From NCBI GenBank assembly GCA_963727445.1, contig CAVSGI010000014.1:96001-160000 (forward strand): a stretch of DNA of 64,000 nt, written 5' to 3'. This document shows, piece after piece, positions 63,061 to 64,000 of the stretch (positions within the stretch are counted from its first letter, which is position 1; each line of letters begins with the position of its first letter). The translations under genes were made by a program, and so were the position numbers. The stretch is from an uncultured delta proteobacterium (GTDB lineage: Bacteria; Myxococcota_A; Polyangia; Polyangiales; B10-G4). The notes below the pieces were generated by a model. That model was given only the letters and a program-made list of their open reading frames with translations, searched no databases and was not told where the DNA came from.

Positions 63061-64000
63061 ATGGCGAGACGGCAGAGGAGCGAGCGGCGGGCGCAAAGGC
63101 CCCCGTGAGATCACGCGCGCGCGCATTCTTCCGCGCATGCGCCCTCGCCTTTTTCCGCGCGCTCGGCGCCTTGCTCCTCGTGGTGGGCGCGTTCTGGCTC
63201 TCGGACCTCTTCGTCATCCTCGCCATGCACGGCGCTAGCGTCCGCAGCGCTCACGGGCTCATCGCCGCGCTCGGCGCCGCCTCCATCGTCGCCGTGCTCC
63301 TGGCGCTCGTCGCCACGCCGGTGAACGTGCTGCTCCCGGCGCCCCCTGGTCCCACCGTCCTTGCGCGCGTGCGGGGCTGGTTGGCGGAGGGAGACGCCGA
63401 GATGCGTCGCGCGCGCGCCACCGAGGCCGTCGCGTGGCTTGGCCTGTCGGGAGTCTTCTGCGCCGCGCTCTTCGTGATGGAGAGCCAGATCCTCGAGCGG
63501 GTGGTGACCGACCGCTTCCGCGCCGTGACGACCGCCCTCGGCGCGCTCGGGCTCTCGGTGATCGTCCTCTCGCTCCGGCGGCAGGCCATCCGCGTCGCCA
63601 CCCTCTTGCTCTCCCCGCTGCGTCGCATTCCGCGGCTCGGGCGCCTCTTCGACACGCCCAACCGTGCGCTCGGCACCCTGGTCGGTGTCGCGCTGATCGG
63701 GATCGCCATCTTCCTCGCGCTCGGCTGGGCGGTGTATCGCGCCCTTCCTTGGCTCGTCGTCAGCCGCCTCGCGGGAGCGGCGCTCGCGGGGCTCGGGCTC
63801 TTCTGGCTCTCTCGCAGGCTCTGGGACCGCGCTCGCAGGAGCCGGATCGTCACGCTCGGCGCCGCGGCGGCGCTCCTCCTCGCGAGCGTGCTCACGGCGT
63901 TCCTCCTCGAGCCCGACGCGTACACCGTCCGGCGCATCGCCTCCGAGGACACCCTCAGCGGCGAGATCGCGTACGGGTCACTGCGCTACGCCTTCGACTT
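63057..64000 (+). CDS. Multi-TM membrane protein, possibly a sulfatase-family N-terminus; runs off the window end
   Basis: ATGA overlap with the mutase stop; open frame with many TM helices (FFRALGALLLVVGAFWLSDL...). Absent from the ORF track because it has no stop. The sulfatase guess is inference. Confidence 0.55.
   Translation, partial: MNGETAEERAAGAKAPVRSRARAFFRACALAFFRALGALLLVVGAFWLSDLFVILAMHGASVRSAHGLIAALGAASIVAVLLALVATPVNVLLPAPPGPTVLARVRGWLAEGDAEMRRARATEAVAWLGLSGVFCAALFVMESQILERVVTDRFRAVTTALGALGLSVIVLSLRRQAIRVATLLLSPLRRIPRLGRLFDTPNRALGTLVGVALIGIAIFLALGWAVYRALPWLVVSRLAGAALAGLGLFWLSRRLWDRARRSRIVTLGAAAALLLASVLTAFLLEPDAYTVRRIASEDTLSGEIAYGSLRYAFD

Overview
GC-rich bacterial chromosomal window. 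Gene content and protein style suggest Myxococcota, probably Polyangia or Sandaracinaceae-like (inference). It is mostly housekeeping and envelope genes: cutA, efp-epmA, mazG, holB, metG, tatD, an orphan rplC-rlmE pair, glnD, an amidase, gloA, purMN, pilT/pilC/pilS with an inserted Ser/Thr kinase pair, trpGDC, paired FHA proteins, mlaD, DUF4266/DUF3570, uppP, manC and a phosphomannomutase, plus many lipoproteins. About 16 single-base frameshifts, several in essential genes (metG, holB, purN), point to uncorrected long-read indels rather than pseudogenes. The most unusual elements are: (1) a 1.3 kb cassette at 31570-32854 with two convergent four-helix-bundle (23S-IVS/Avd-like) genes, bracketed by (GGGAAY)n-type G-rich microsatellites and carrying a 25-bp perfect hairpin over the start codon; (2) a ~120-bp element with the same GGGAAC flanks inserted in-frame in two unrelated genes 44 kb apart; (3) a candidate structured ncRNA after holB; (4) a triple ~125-bp hairpin repeat; (5) divergent sigma54 promoters. 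I recognised no tRNA, rRNA, CRISPR array, transposase, integrase or reverse transcriptase. All family calls come from motif recognition by eye, not database searches.
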